DNA of 64,000 nt from Octopus sinensis (taxonomy: Eukaryota), in assembly GCF_006345805.1 (NCBI RefSeq), contig NC_043012.1, positions 2,418,001 to 2,482,000 of the forward strand, written 5' to 3'. The notes beneath the pieces were generated by a model. That model saw only the letters and a list, made by a program, of their open reading frames with translations, had not been told where the DNA came from and made no database searches. Below, one piece after another: positions 13,422 to 26,448 of the stretch. Both the position numbers and the translations under genes were made by a program. The first letter of the stretch is position 1. Each line of letters starts with the position of its first letter.

Positions 13422-13666
13422 CAGGGCTGGTGCTAGGAAGTGTGAAGTCCAATTAGAGAATTATCAGTATGGCCCTCTGTTCTACAAAAGCTGAAGATTG
13501 ATGTTCTATGCTTCATGTTGTATGCCAGTCCCAGCCAAAAAAAGTGTTGAAGGTTTGAGATACTAAAAATTCATCGTAGCATCTGTTTGAATATGTGCGC
13601 AGGGCTCCCACTTGGCACGGGGCCCAATTTGAACAAATCTTTCTAATAGGTTTAAAACCAGCCCTG
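13422..13666. mobile_element. hAT-type MITE
   Basis: TIR cagggctggt / accagccctg; 8-bp flanks attgggag / actgggag (7/8 match). Confidence 0.82.
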
Positions 13667-14098
13667 ACTGGGAGTCAAATTCACAGGCATATACATGCAT
13701 ATACACACGTAATGGGCTTATTGTACAATTTCTGTCTAATAAATTTAACAGATTGGTTTGGCTCAAGCTATAGAAAATCGCTTTTTCAAGGTGTCACACA
13801 GTATAAAATAGACTCAACTACACAGCTGTGCCCACACCTACATGTATACATTTGGTGTATAGTAATTGAGTGTATAAAGGTAATACTCATGTTGATGTTT
13901 CTGGGAAGGAATGTAGCTTCTGTCTAAACCATTATGATTCACAGAAATTTTAAGAACTGAAGGATGTTTACAGCTATACCTGCATTCCTAACAAGCACAG
14001 AAAATTAAGAATGGTACACTTGTTTTCAACTAGTTCATTAAGTCAAACATGGGCTGATTCTCTGTCTTACCTGAGAACATAGAGAAGGAGAGATAATA

Positions 14099-14315
14099 CA
14101 AGGGAGTGCTGAAAAGTTCTTAGCTTTGGGTAAAAGAAAATACAGGAGGACCAGTTAATTATGATTTTATGCAACGTATTCCCTTCTCAGGTTCACACAC
14201 TTATTGCAGTGGTCCTTTGGACTTTCTAAGCCCTGTAAAAGAACTTGGAAGGTTGGGCCTCCAACTAGACCTTTTTCGATACCCTTAATGCCAGGAACCT
14301 TTCAGCATCCCTTCA
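14099..14315 (-). mobile_element. mariner-derived MITE with transposase C-terminal remnant
   Basis: TA-flanked imperfect TIRs caagggagtgctgaaaagttc / gaacctttcagcatcccttca; minus strand reads QGLESPKDHCNKCVNLRREYVA*, like the mariner end RW.KC.EL.G.YVE*. Confidence 0.75.
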
Positions 14316-14896
14316 TACATAAAGTTGAAATTATCAAGTAGTCTTTCCCTTTTTTCTATTGTTTGTACCATTATTGATTTTGTTTGATTTGACTTAGTCA
14401 CAAAGTTAATTTCTATAAGTGGGAGGTATAGTTGATTGAATAGATCCCATTTTATTAGAGGTGTTTTTATCATTGCTTGGGACATATAAGGTAAAAGTCA
14501 ATCTGAATGATATTTGAAGTCAGAAACTAGGATAGAACCACATGCTATAATAACACTTAGTTAAGTTTTTGTACAATCTCATCCATTGCTATACACTATT
14601 AGTCCTATTCTTTGTAGAAAAATATTAGGACAAGGATAGCATCTTTTAGCTTATGATGAGAGCAGCCTTAATGAACTTAAATTTTAATCTGTATGAACAA
14701 TGTGTGATCTGGTATTTGCAGATAGTGTTTGGATAATAATATTTGCTTCAAAGAGTATTTTGTGTCAGGACACATTGGTATATTAATCCAGTGAACTTGC
14801 AGTGTGTTCTTTATAATGAAACTTGATCTGTTGTTGGGATTAGGAACAGTATTTGAGGTAAAGGCTGAAAGAATGTAAATCTAGAAAAGAAAAAAA

Positions 14897-15085
14897 TGCT
14901 TGCAGTAAGAGAGTAGCTAGTGTTGGATAGGGAACTGTTACCTGGGTTAGAATAAAAATTGGCCAATGCTATGAACAGGAGGTTGTATGAGGTTTGTATA
15001 AGAAGTGATGTGGTTATGAAATGTGGGCATTAAACATAGAGGGCTTGCTACAAATGGAGAGGAATTAGCTGAGATTTTTTGCATG
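14897..15085 (+). mobile_element. Decayed RTE reverse-transcriptase fragment
   Basis: With frameshifts reads CIRS...MWALNIEGLLQMERN, matching the RTE pattern C.RS.MLYG.E.WAL..ED...LERN. Confidence 0.6.
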
Positions 15086-16499
15086 ATCAAATTCCTTGTG
15101 ATAACAACCCAACTACTCTGAGTGAGCTAATATTTTGATTTCACCTTTGTGGATTTAGATAAGCAAAGTATATAGGAAACAATATAAAGCTTAATATTAC
15201 ATTTGAACTAACAAAACTTTAAACCAGCTCTCTTGAACTTTCGAAACAAAATCATTTGTTTTACTGTTAAATATATCCCTGATGGAGGAGACTGGTGTAA
15301 GATGTCTGGTTTCTCAGTTTGTCTGTCCTTTAGTATTTAGTTAAAATCTACTATTAGTTGTAATGTTTGTTGTTACTGTTGGGTTTAAACTAACCTCTTT
15401 GTAAGGTATCCTAGATAGAGGTCTTCCACATGCATCTTCTACAATTAACTTACACCGCTTCTTTCATCCAACAAGTATCACCCAATTACATCATATTTCA
15501 TAAATTCTTAACTTAACAAGTAGAGTGCTTTTCCTTATTAGATGTAAAAAAAAAAGAAGTCTCTTCAAAACATAACCTTTACTTGCTAATAAGTGTGGCC
15601 TCATAGTATGACCCAGATGTTCTCTAATTGTTTTAGATGTCTAATGTAGTCATAAGTGGACTTAGACACTCTCTGGGCCCTTCCATCCCTTGACTCATTG
15701 GAACATTGTGGATGTGACTCCTGAAGGGAGAAAGGGCTGCATCAGCATTAGGCTGGTACTCAGACCAAAGTAGCATGAAATGCTTTGCTCAAAAGCACAA
15801 TATGCTGTCTGATCCAGGACTCAAACCAATCACCTTAGGATTATGAACACAACACCTTAACCACGATGCCATGCACCCCAGATGTACATTACTGATTTAT
15901 GCTCGACAACTAGAAGAATATGCTGTTGAAGCTGATGCTAGCCCTGTGTCAGCAGAGCTAAGCTCAAAGGCTTTACAGTATGTTTTTCTACCCATCTACT
16001 TTGTAAAGATGATCCATTTGGTATCATATAATTCAGTGTTTCTTTTTAAGATTGCATAGTGTGATTTGAGGAAGATTTGGCTACTCTTAGTAGCAAATAT
16101 CGTTATTCTTTTGTTGGCTTGCAAGTGTCCTCTTTTTTACTGATGGTATAGTTAAGTTTTGAGTTTTAAAACATGTGGTTCACATTTTATATGGTGTCAA
16201 GAAGTTTGTTGAGATGAAAATTCAACCAGCTTCTGTAACATGTGGTTGCTAGAATTATTTTAGCCTAGAAATGTTTATTGAAGCTAAAAACCAGATAAAT
16301 ATTACACACACAGGCACAGATAAGTTTGAATGTATACATGTAACAGCTTTGTTGACATGACATGCAAAATCGAGATATTCAGTGATTCTTTTATACGTTT
16401 CGCCCTAAGGCTGTGACCATGCTGGGGCAAACCTTGAAATTACTTTAGTAATTCCTTGAAATTAAGTAATTTCAAGGTAAGTTAATATGCTTAAAAGAA

Positions 16500-16892
16500 A
16501 GGCGCAGGAGTGGTTGTGTGGTAAGTAGCTTGCTAACCAGCCACATGGTTCTGGGTTCAGTCCCACTGTGTGGCATCTTGGGCAAGTGTTTTCTGCTATA
16601 GCCTCGGGCCGACCAAAGCCTTGTGAGTGGATTTGGTAGACGGAAACTGAAAGAAGCCTGTCGTATATATGTATATACATATATATGTTTGTGTGTCTGT
16701 GTTTGTCCCTCTAGCATTGCTTGACAACCGATGCTGGTGTCTTTACGTCCCCGTCACTTAGTGGTTCGGCAAAAAAGACCGATAGAATAAGTACTGGGCT
16801 TACAAAGAATAAGTCCCGGGGTCGATTTGCTAAAGGCGGTGCTCCAGCATGGCCGCAGTCAAATGACTGAAACAAGTAAAAGAGTAAAGAGT
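16500..16892 (+). mobile_element. Full-length SINE family A
   Basis: Same head, core and 3' half as 4466-4860. Confidence 0.9.
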
Positions 16893-17112
16893 ATATATAC
16901 TTGAGCACAATGCAATCTTGAATAGAATGTGCTGCCCACTACTTTTTGCCCCTGTTTCCTTGTTTTACAGTCTTTTGTTTTGCAATACTATCCTTTGATT
17001 TGACCTCCACATTAAAATATCTCCTGTTTATACATGAGTAAATTAGTTAATTATTTTCTGAAAGTAAAGTGAGATGTACTTTTAAAGAACTGCTCAGTTA
17101 TATTCGTTTCTA

Positions 17113-17315
17113 CTATAGGCACAAGATCTGAAATTATCTGGGGAGGTGGTTGATTACATCAACTCCGGTGCACATCTGCTACTTATTTCATTGACCCTGA
17201 AAGAATGAAAAGCAAAATCAACTTTGATGGCATTTGAACTCAGAGTGTAAAGCCTGTCGAAATGGTGCTAAGCATTTTGTCCCATGTGCTAATGATTCTG
17301 CCAGCTTGCCACCGT
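17113..17315 (-). mobile_element. SINE family B (diverged)
   Basis: aggcacaagatctgaaatt ... gattctgccagcttgccacc. Confidence 0.75.
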
Positions 17316-17466
17316 AAACTGCTTAATTATGTTTTAACTAAGACTGTAGGGTATGGATTCAGAGATATGTGACTGCTATCAAATGAACTTGTCGAGATAT
17401 GTGACTGCAGGTCAGATTAACATGTAGAACAGTGTTTCTTAAACTTAAAAAAAAAATTTTTTTTTT

Positions 17467-18032
17467 GGAAGCATCATCCGAATGTGGTTGATGCCAGTTC
17501 CCCGCTAATTGGCTCCAGTGCTGGTGCCATGTAAAAAGCACCATCTGAATGTGGTTGATGCCAGTACCCCCTGACTGGCTCCTGTGCTGGTGCCATGTAA
17601 AAAGCACCATCTGAATGTGGTCAATGCCAGTACCCCCTGACTGGTTTCTGTGCCGGTGGCATGTAAAAAGCACCATCCAAACATGGTCAGTGCCAGTGCC
17701 CCCTGACTGGCTCCCATGCTGATGGCACGTAAAAAGCACCATCTCAACGTAGTTGATACCAGTGCCTATTGACTGGCTCCTGTGCCAGTACCATGTAAAA
17801 GGCACCATCTGAACGTGGTCAATACCAGTGCCCCCTGACTAGCTCCTGTGCCGATGGCATGTAAAAAGCACCCACTACACTCTCGGAGTGGTTGGCATTA
17901 GAAAGGGCATCCAGCTGTAGAACCATGCTGGATCAGATGGGAGCCTGGTGCAGCCTACTGGCTTGCCAGTCCTCACTCAAACCATCCAACCCATGCCGGC
18001 ATGGAAAACAGTCGTTAAACGATGATGATGAT
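17467..18032 (+). mobile_element. RTE 3' UTR with six 66-bp tandem units and (GAT)n tail
   Basis: gtaaaaagcacc anchors at 17531, 17597, 17663, 17729, 17795 and 17861 (exact 66-bp spacing). Confidence 0.88.
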
Positions 18033-18199
18033 TCTACACAGTTGCTTGACCTGCTAGAAACAGTAGCACACTACTTATCATTTCATTTTAATAACCATTA
18101 CTAGTTTTATCATGTATTATATAATTATTATTATAGGTGAAATTTAGTAGGCTATTTGTTACCTCACCACCCCCTAAAACTTAATATACCCTCACCTCC

Positions 18200-18545
18200 T
18201 CTCTCTCAAAGAAAAAATACATCTGGATTGTACCACTGTGTGCAATAGAATAAACCACTGCTTATTGCCATAACCATAATAATGTGCTCTTTTAGGATAA
18301 GGCATAGTATATCTGGGACACTGGATCTGTGGGTTGCTCTTTGATGTATCATCATTTATTCAGATGCTTTAGGTCAGCTCACTCAAGGCTAACCTGAGAT
18401 TAAACAACAACTGATTATGTACATGCCATAGGTCTGCTTAAATCAGGTTTATCCTTAGATCCTGGGGCTAAAACACATGCCATAAGTCTTCTTAAATCAG
18501 GGCTGCCCTGGGTTCCTGGGACTAAACAGTAGCAATAACCGACTC
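18200..18545 (+). repeat. Interspersed repeat family C with a tandemly reiterated 3' segment
   Basis: Family motif ctagaaatagcagccaaatctccc...ggtcatggctggaat...ggggctaaacaacaac recurs at ~255, 15940, 18830, 29880, 34830, 46980, 49840, 50090, 59760 and 63555; here cataggtctgcttaaatcagg...ggggctaaaac is reiterated. Confidence 0.6.
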
Positions 18546-19087
18546 TATATATGCCATGGGTCTCCTACTCTCTATACTCAAACCAGAACTGGTTTCTTTT
18601 TCTTATGCTTGAATCTCTCTCTTCCTCTCTCCCTCTTTGTCTCTCTGCCTCTCTCTCACTCTGTCTGTTTCTCTCCCTCTCCTTCCTTGTTTATGGCATT
18701 TGATCTGGTTACTGACATAACTTGCTTATTTGTTAGGATTAGGGTTAGTAAAGATATGCAAGGATCAATTTATGAGCTGTGTTTACTCAGGTAATCCAGG
18801 TAATCCACTTAGGACATCTCTGTTGCAGGTGGAACTGCATACCATGTTGTTTAACCCTAGAACAGGCTTGATCCAGCAGGCCTATGCTCTAAAGCATTCC
18901 AGTCACGACCATCCAGTTATTGTTTTTTTTTTTCTTGAGTATACTGTATCTAGATTTGTGTTATCTTATATGTCTTTCTGTTCTTTAAGATGGTTGTATA
19001 TGATTTGAAAGGTAATTTAGCTGCTACTCTTAGCATGTTGAGAAACCACCTTGAGCAGTGATTTTCAACCATTTTTTTTTTACCTAT

Positions 19088-19543
19088 TCTTTTATTCTTT
19101 TATTTGTTTCTGTCATTTGACTGCAGCCATGCTGGAGCATCATCTTTAGTTGAACAAATCGACCCCAGGACTTATTCTTTGTAAGCCTAGTACTTATTCT
19201 ATCCATCTCTTTTGCCAAACCGCTAAGTTAGAGGTGGGAGACATAAATTCACCAACATCAGTTGTCATGTGATGGTGGGGGGGAGAAACACAGACACACA
19301 AATACATACATGCATGCATGCTTGCATGCATACATACATACATACATACATATATACATACATACATACGCATACATATATACACAGATGTACTTCTTTC
19401 AGTTTCGTCTACCAAATTCACTCACAAGGCTTTGGTTGGCCTGAGGCTATAGTAGAAGACACTTGCCCAAGGTGCCGTGCTGTGGGATTGAACCCAGAAC
19501 CATGTGAAGCAACCTTTTTACCATACACCCATACCTGCACCTA
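19088..19543 (-). mobile_element. Full-length SINE family A with (CATA)n core
   Basis: Reverse complement of both halves of family A. Confidence 0.85.
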
Positions 19544-20747
19544 TAAACCTATGGACATCTTTCATTCCTATTTAATTTGAGTGGACCCCCATAGCAGCCA
19601 TTCAATGTTTAAGTAAAATCTGATAATATTTTTATAATTGAATATTATTAAGAATTGTATATAAAAAAGAGGAATTGTTAAAATATTTTATGTATTGTTG
19701 AAGTATAACCAATTTATTGCACATAAATTTTGATAAAAATATCTTACATGAATCCCCAAAGGTCATATGAACCGTGGTTAAGAACCCTTGACCTAGAAGA
19801 GTGGTTGGAATCCCTTCAGCTTGTGGGCAAATTTCACCTACTATCAGATTTGAAACTGCTTGATAATGAAGTCTCTAAAATCCCCATTTGTTAAGAAATG
19901 GGGCGGGATGTGGGTGGGAAGAGGATGGGAACCTTTTTAGTCCCCAAGACTCGGTGTATAACGATCAATATGTAAAATTAACAAGTCATTATTTTCTAAG
20001 TACAGAATGTGCCTTCACATGTTCTTACATGCACTTTCAGTTTATCCCTACTATTACTGAAAGTTCCCCACCTCTGACTTTGTGACTTCCTTCCTCTGTG
20101 GCTCTGTCATTGCAAATGTCATCTGTTGTGGCTTGAAACAGTTAGTTGTTAATCTTCTGTTATATAAACAACAATGAAGGTTACCTATATTGTAAAACAA
20201 ACAACAGCACACTCTGCACTGTAATTTATGCCAAATATGATTCTTAAATAATATAAATCCCTCACTTAAAAGATAAAATCCTGAGTGACCTCTCCTCTGA
20301 CAGTATGTTCTTTCAACTTACAGTGGCTTACTTGACATGGCAATTTGACCTTGGGAATTGCTTTCAAATGCTAATTCCAAATTGTTTTGTGTGATAAGTT
20401 TTATTACACACTGCATGACCTAATTACGAAACCTGGTGTGGAATGGGTAAAATATTTTATAACTTTAGTTATACTGTAGATAGAATAATAATTTGTGATC
20501 GTGGTGTGGTGGGCAGTGGTTGACTACTGGCTTCATTAGAGATAATTCTTTCTTACATACACACTCACACACACACACACTCTCTCTCTCTCTTCCCTAT
20601 TTTTTCTTTATTTCCTTGCTCTTTTTATTTCTCTTCTTTCCAATGCTCTTCCTGGTATTTCCTGGCATTGTTTTCATCTTGCTCTTTTTGTTTCTTCCTT
20701 GCCTTTTCACTTTCCCTGTCTATTTTTTCTTTCTCTCTTTTTCTAGT

Positions 20748-20778
<31 letters not shown>

Positions 20779-20806
20779 GTTTTGTTTCATTTAAAGTTTT
20801 TTCTCC

Positions 20807-20946
20807 TTTTTTTTTTTTGCTCTTCCTTCCTTCCTTCCCTTTCACAGAAAAATAATTCCTGTGTCAAATATGTTACTCTCTTTTTTTTTTTGCTCTTCCT
20901 TCCTTCCTTCCCTTTCACAGAAAAATAATTCCTGTGTCAAATATGT
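20807..20946. repeat. Local tandem duplication, period 73 bp
   Basis: gctcttccttccttccttccctttcacagaaaaataattcctgtgtcaaatatgt is identical at 20819 and 20892. Confidence 0.95.
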
Positions 20947-21863
20947 GACATTGCATATATCTGAGTGGAAAGGACTGGATGCTGTGGACTTGTGAATGTG
21001 TGTGTGTGGAGAGAGGAAGGAGGGAGAGGTGTTGTGGAGGGAGTTGAATTGGGTATTGAGGGGCCTTGTCTGCTTTATATGTAAAAGATCATTATATTGA
21101 GTAGCTGTGGGTTAAGGGGGCCCATGTGAGGAAATGGTCTAGACGTTTAGATTCAGTTAGTCTGATTCAGGAACAGAGACAGATACAACACTGGACAAAG
21201 AGTGAAGATAGACAGATATATATATATATAGGGAGAGAGAGAGAGAGAGTTGGAAGTGATATGATGTTGAACAATTACTATAGAATCTGTCATATACAAA
21301 GAGGATCCTGCTGAGACCTGATGGCAACTGGCTTGATTTAGTTGGGACCATTGCAGATCACTTGTATTTATTCATTCTTATAGAGAAATGCCATTTAATC
21401 CCACCCCAATAGTCTATAAACATGAAACCATGAATGAATGAAAGAATTAAAAAAAAATTTTTCTTTGGTATATTTTATTGTATTAGCGTTTAATGTATAT
21501 TTATTTTTCTTAATACACGCTTATTATTGTATTATGTTTTACACACACCCACATACACACAATCAGTTAGAACAAATAATGAACAATCAAATGTATACCT
21601 GCTCTCTTAATGATGAACCACTTCTAGCCACCTTTGATAGGCAATTTCAGCACCGCATTTTGCAGTTCAAGACTGAGTCTTAGTGGCAAACCAAACTGAG
21701 CACTCATAAGTACATACCTATTACATTACGTCAATTGACAAAAGCGTTTTTTTTTATAAATGCTACACACACACACACACACACACACACTTTCTCTTTT
21801 CCTCTTTATTTTTCTTCTATGCCATGCTCTTTCTGTTGTTTTTCTGATGTATATATATATATA

Positions 21864-22136
21864 TCATCATCATCGTTTAAGGTCCATTTTCCATGCTAGC
21901 ATGGGTTAGACGTTTTGACTGGGAAGCCAGGAGGCTGCACCAGGCTCCAGTCTGATCTGGTAGTGTTTCTACAGCTGGATGCACTTCCTAACGCCAACCA
22001 CTCCGTGAGTGTAGTGGGTGCTTTTTATGTGCCACCGGCACAGGTGCCAGGGGAGGCTAGCAATGGCCACGATCAGTTGGTGCTTTTTATGTACCACCGG
22101 CATGGAAGCCAGTCAAGGCGGTGCTGGCCTTGGCCA
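21864..22136 (-). mobile_element. RTE 3' end
   Basis: (CAT)n + cgtttaaggtccattttccatgctagcatggg, followed by repeat-unit sequence. Confidence 0.8.
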
Positions 22137-22641
22137 TATATATATATATATGTTTGACCTGTCATCATTTTTACTAAAGCTTGTGTATAACTGTGTATGT
22201 GTAAGTGGTTGAGTATGTGGTTGTGATTATTTTCCTTTATTTAAATGAAGGTCTTGAAATTTTTATAAGTAAAGCTGATTCATGAGAACAACTCTACTTT
22301 CCAACGAATCTTGTGTCTTTAGTTTCAAAATGGTTCCTCATGTAGGTATTAGTTTTGCTTTGACTGTCCTTTAAATTATGTTTCTCTAATTATTAAATTA
22401 AATTCTATTGTTATCCTTCTTTTTTTTATGTCCTTTTACATATTTCAGTCATTTGACTGCAGCCATGCTGGAGCACTGAATAATACTTACATAATGTAGC
22501 AGGCAGTATAGTGACTAAAACAATAATGTTTAGTAGAATTATTCTGTTTTGAGCTCAGTTACTTCTTGTGTTGATTTTTGTCTCCATCTTATGAAGTTGG
22601 ATAGAATGTCTACCAGTTTTAGGATAGAATCATTTTAGTCA

Positions 22642-22706
22642 CACGACCATCTTCTAAAAGTCATTCACGACCATCTTCTAAAAGTCATTCACGATCATCT
22701 TCTAAA
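22642..22706. repeat. 24-bp tandem repeat, ~2.7 copies
   Basis: cacgaccatcttctaaaagtcatt starts at 22642, 22666 and 22690. Confidence 0.93.
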
Positions 22707-24298
22707 TAACAAATCTGGAGCCTTGTCTCTGATTAAGAAGTGAATATTTTATTAAAGGTGCTTCTGGCAATAAGTTCCTATATTTTGTACTGTAATTATT
22801 TTGAATACCAAGTCTTGTCCATTCTCAATTTTCTTCTGAAGAAAGCTGATATTGAAAGTTTTTGGATTTGAAGAGATTAACAAACCTATTGGAACATACA
22901 TTCTACCACTGATTCCCAAATTGTATTTGGCTAACAGTTTGCAGTTGATTTTGGTTTGGAAAATAAAATGAAGAAACTTATTGCAATCAACTATGCAATA
23001 TTCTTTAAAAGCTACTTGAAAGACCATAAACATGTAGTGCTATGTAACATTTATATGTAAAGAATAAAGATTGGAAACTTTTGAACAGGACAAGGGCATA
23101 AATTATTCTTTTATAGGTTTTTGTTATTGGGCTGTGGCTATCAAGGGACATGAGCTCTTAAAGTATAGCTGATTGCATTGACCCTCACCTTTAGAAAGTT
23201 AAAAAGTGAAGTAGGTTTTGATGGGATTTGAACTTAGGGTATGAGGAATATCATAAACTAAAAATACCTGTATGTGATATTTTGTCTGCCACTGTTACAA
23301 TTCTACCACACTTAGGAAAATAAGCTCAGCAGAACCCACCACTCTTCAAGTTATACTGAGAAGAGGACTTCTTTTGAAGTTAGAATTATGAGCTAACAGA
23401 GCTTTCATCTCTTATATATTGTTCTCCTGCTACCCTTAAATATAAGACACACATGCATGTGAACGTACACACATAAACACTCTCTCTCACAGTTTGGTTG
23501 ACTCAGGCTATTGAAAGAGATTTTGCTGGGTGACTGCATTGCATAAAATGGCTGACATGAACCATCAACTATTTGGTCAGCTGACTGGTACCCAATAAAC
23601 TTGGTCAGATGCAACCATCACCATAGTAACAGATCACAAGAAAAATGTCTGGAAGAATTCTATGAAAAATTCAATAGCTACTTTTGCCACAAAGATGAAA
23701 CAGCATTCATTTTTAATTTCTTGCATAATCAAAGCAAAATTGAGTGGAGTAGAAGTTATTCTATAAAAGGCTAATTTTTTTTTAAAGAAACAATAAAAAA
23801 AAGATATTTTTTTAATGGAAGTTTGTTATCTGGTTTTGTGAGAAAATGGTGTTTTGTTGACAAAGAAAATCAATCAATAGATTCTGGCATTATTGAGAAA
23901 TCTTCCGTTTTCTTTATTTATATGCCGCCAATACTTGAACACAAACAAGACCGTCTTTATTTAAAGCTAGAAAGAATTGGCAATGGCAATCTGTTCTCAA
24001 TGATTCCGTCAGATGTCCACATCCTGCTCCAAGGGGATTCCTGGATATTCAGATATTCACAACAGTCGGAAATATTATGGAACAACCGTGTACATGAAAA
24101 GTGTGATAGGCTTTAGAAAAAAATAACCTTCTGACTTCTATGTAAAGGCAATGGATATCTTGATAAGAAGATAAAAGAAGTGTTGAAAGGAATGTGCTGT
24201 AGTATTGAAAAACAATATCCGCATTGAATGCTTTTAAAGAGTGTATATAACATACACACACACTCACATGCATCTATCTATCTCATCATCCTTTTAAT

Positions 24299-24569
24299 CA
24301 GGGCTGTGGAGTCGAAACAAAAAACTTTGACTCCTCTACTATTGGCACCTCCGACTCTGACTCCTCTACATGTAATTAAGTGATTGTGGTCTACATATCT
24401 CATAAGCATATGCATTTGCTTGTGCTTTGTGTAGGCTGATATGTTGTAACTGGTTTATGTTAAAGAATAAAGATATGTGAGTTGGAATCAGAGTCAGTAT
24501 AGTTTTACCGACTCCGACTCCAGCTACCCCTTAATTGTTTCCGACTCCGATGATGGCTCCACAGCCCTG
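24299..24569. mobile_element. hAT-type MITE with perfect 8-bp TSD
   Basis: TIR cagggctgtggag / ctccacagccctg; TSD cttttaat at 24291-24298 and 24570-24577; subterminal gactcc repeats. Confidence 0.9.
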
Positions 24570-26448
24570 CTTTTAATGCTCACTTTTCCACACCTGCAAG
24601 GGTCAGATGTTGAGGCAGATTTTCTACAGTTAGCTGCTGGCTACCTTTCCAGTCACCAATCCTCATCCAGTTTCCAAGCAAAGCAATATTTTCTCATATC
24701 TAGGCATATTTTCCATGGAAGACTGGAAACGAACAGCATTGCTTCTATAATGATAATGATGCTCATTTACAGCATCACGTTATGTCTAGACAAGGGTGTA
24801 AATACACACACACAATGGGCTTCTTTCAGTTTCCATCTACCAAATCCACTCACAAGGCTTTGGTCAGCCTAGGGCTGTAGCAGAAGACACTTATCCACGG
24901 TGCTTCACACAGTGGGATTGAACCCCAGATCACGTGGTTGGGAAGCAAGCCTTTTATCCACAGAGCAACACTTATGCCTACATATATATTCTATTTCTAA
25001 TAGAAAAATTTATAAACTTTTTATTTCATGTATTGAGTACTTTTCCTTGTGTTTGTAAATTCAGCTGAACTAAAGATAAGGTTTCAATGTATTGAATAAC
25101 ATCATTCTGCTTGTTTTTTTAAAAATAGAAAGTCAGTAAAACCTGTACAGAAATATTAGGTGCCTTAAGTCTGATAAGGCTTGTGCAGCACCTCATACAC
25201 TCTCTCTGCTGTATTCGCATGATGAATAGACAAGGCAAAGCAAGATATCTAGTATAAGGTCACTGAGTGACTTGTGTGGGTGTCATCATGAACTTCAGGT
25301 GAAACTGAAGATTTCCAAATTATCAAGACTACCTGCTACTCAATGGACTTTTACATCAGAGTAATTTTCTTCTTGAGAAGGGCTTTAATGGAAACTAATG
25401 AGGGCTGACCACCCGGTGGTCTTATAGCATGATAGACTGCAACTTGGAATTTCTAAATCCCTGTATTGGCATTAGATTGTCGTTGACAGTATCTGGATTC
25501 ATCCTGTCTTTTTCACTGGTCTTGTTTATTACTCTGTTAGGTTCCTAACATCACCCCTCACCAATCTTCCCTGCTGGGAGTGATGCTTTAATTGCCTATG
25601 ACTGAGCCATATCACAGCTTGCACTGGATTATATGTTAACAGTAGCTCACATATATGTACCTTTATATATATATATATATATAGATAGATAGATAGATAT
25701 ATACACTGAAGCAACTTTTGTGTTTTCATTCTCTATGTCCATGCTGTGGCTATTGTTCGCATAAAAATATACAAAAATAACTAAAAATGTTACTTCTACA
25801 ATATGAACAGGATAAATCAATCCATGCATGTTACATTTCACTTTCAGTGTGGGCGCATGTGTGTATGTGTGAGAGGGGAAAAGTGTGAACTTTGTTAGTT
25901 TGGGCCATTGTTGGTGCATAGAGGTTCATATATAGGTCAAGTTTATTTAGTAATGTTCAGCCCACTCTATGCAGTTTTATAATAGGTTAATAGTTGATCT
26001 TGTAGTGCACACCTGGTGTCCTAGTTCCACCTATGAGACCACATATATTAATATAAGCTGCAAGTTAAATCCTGCTTTTAACAGTATATGATATTCTCCA
26101 TTTCTATAAGCTGTATTTTCCAGTATACAAGTCAAACTTTTCTGACCAAAATTTGCTACCACAAATGGTAAGTTGACTTTATACACTGAGATGACTTTTG
26201 AGGACCAAAAAAACTCCATGTGAAATGCAGCAGGATTTTTGGAAAGCTAGAAAAATATCGTATCTTTTTATCTAAAAGTCTGAGAGGAGTTTCTATTAAG
26301 ATTATAATTTTATGATCTGTTAATCTCATCTTTAGAAATGAAATATATTTTTAATATTTACATCAACTGCATTATTTTTTGAATTGGTTTGATCTATGAT
26401 TATCACCGTTTTTCTTATTCCTGAACACATATATGATATTGAACTATG

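Noticed and set aside
17359-17808. 149-aa ORF with 22-aa repeats (also 11621, 60860)
   Set aside because: By-product of the 66-bp VNTR read antisense to an RTE 3' UTR.
20041-20140. Plus-strand 100-nt exon (ctttcag|...|gttagt)
   Set aside because: Stops in all three frames and nothing links it to a gene; it could only be UTR or terminal.
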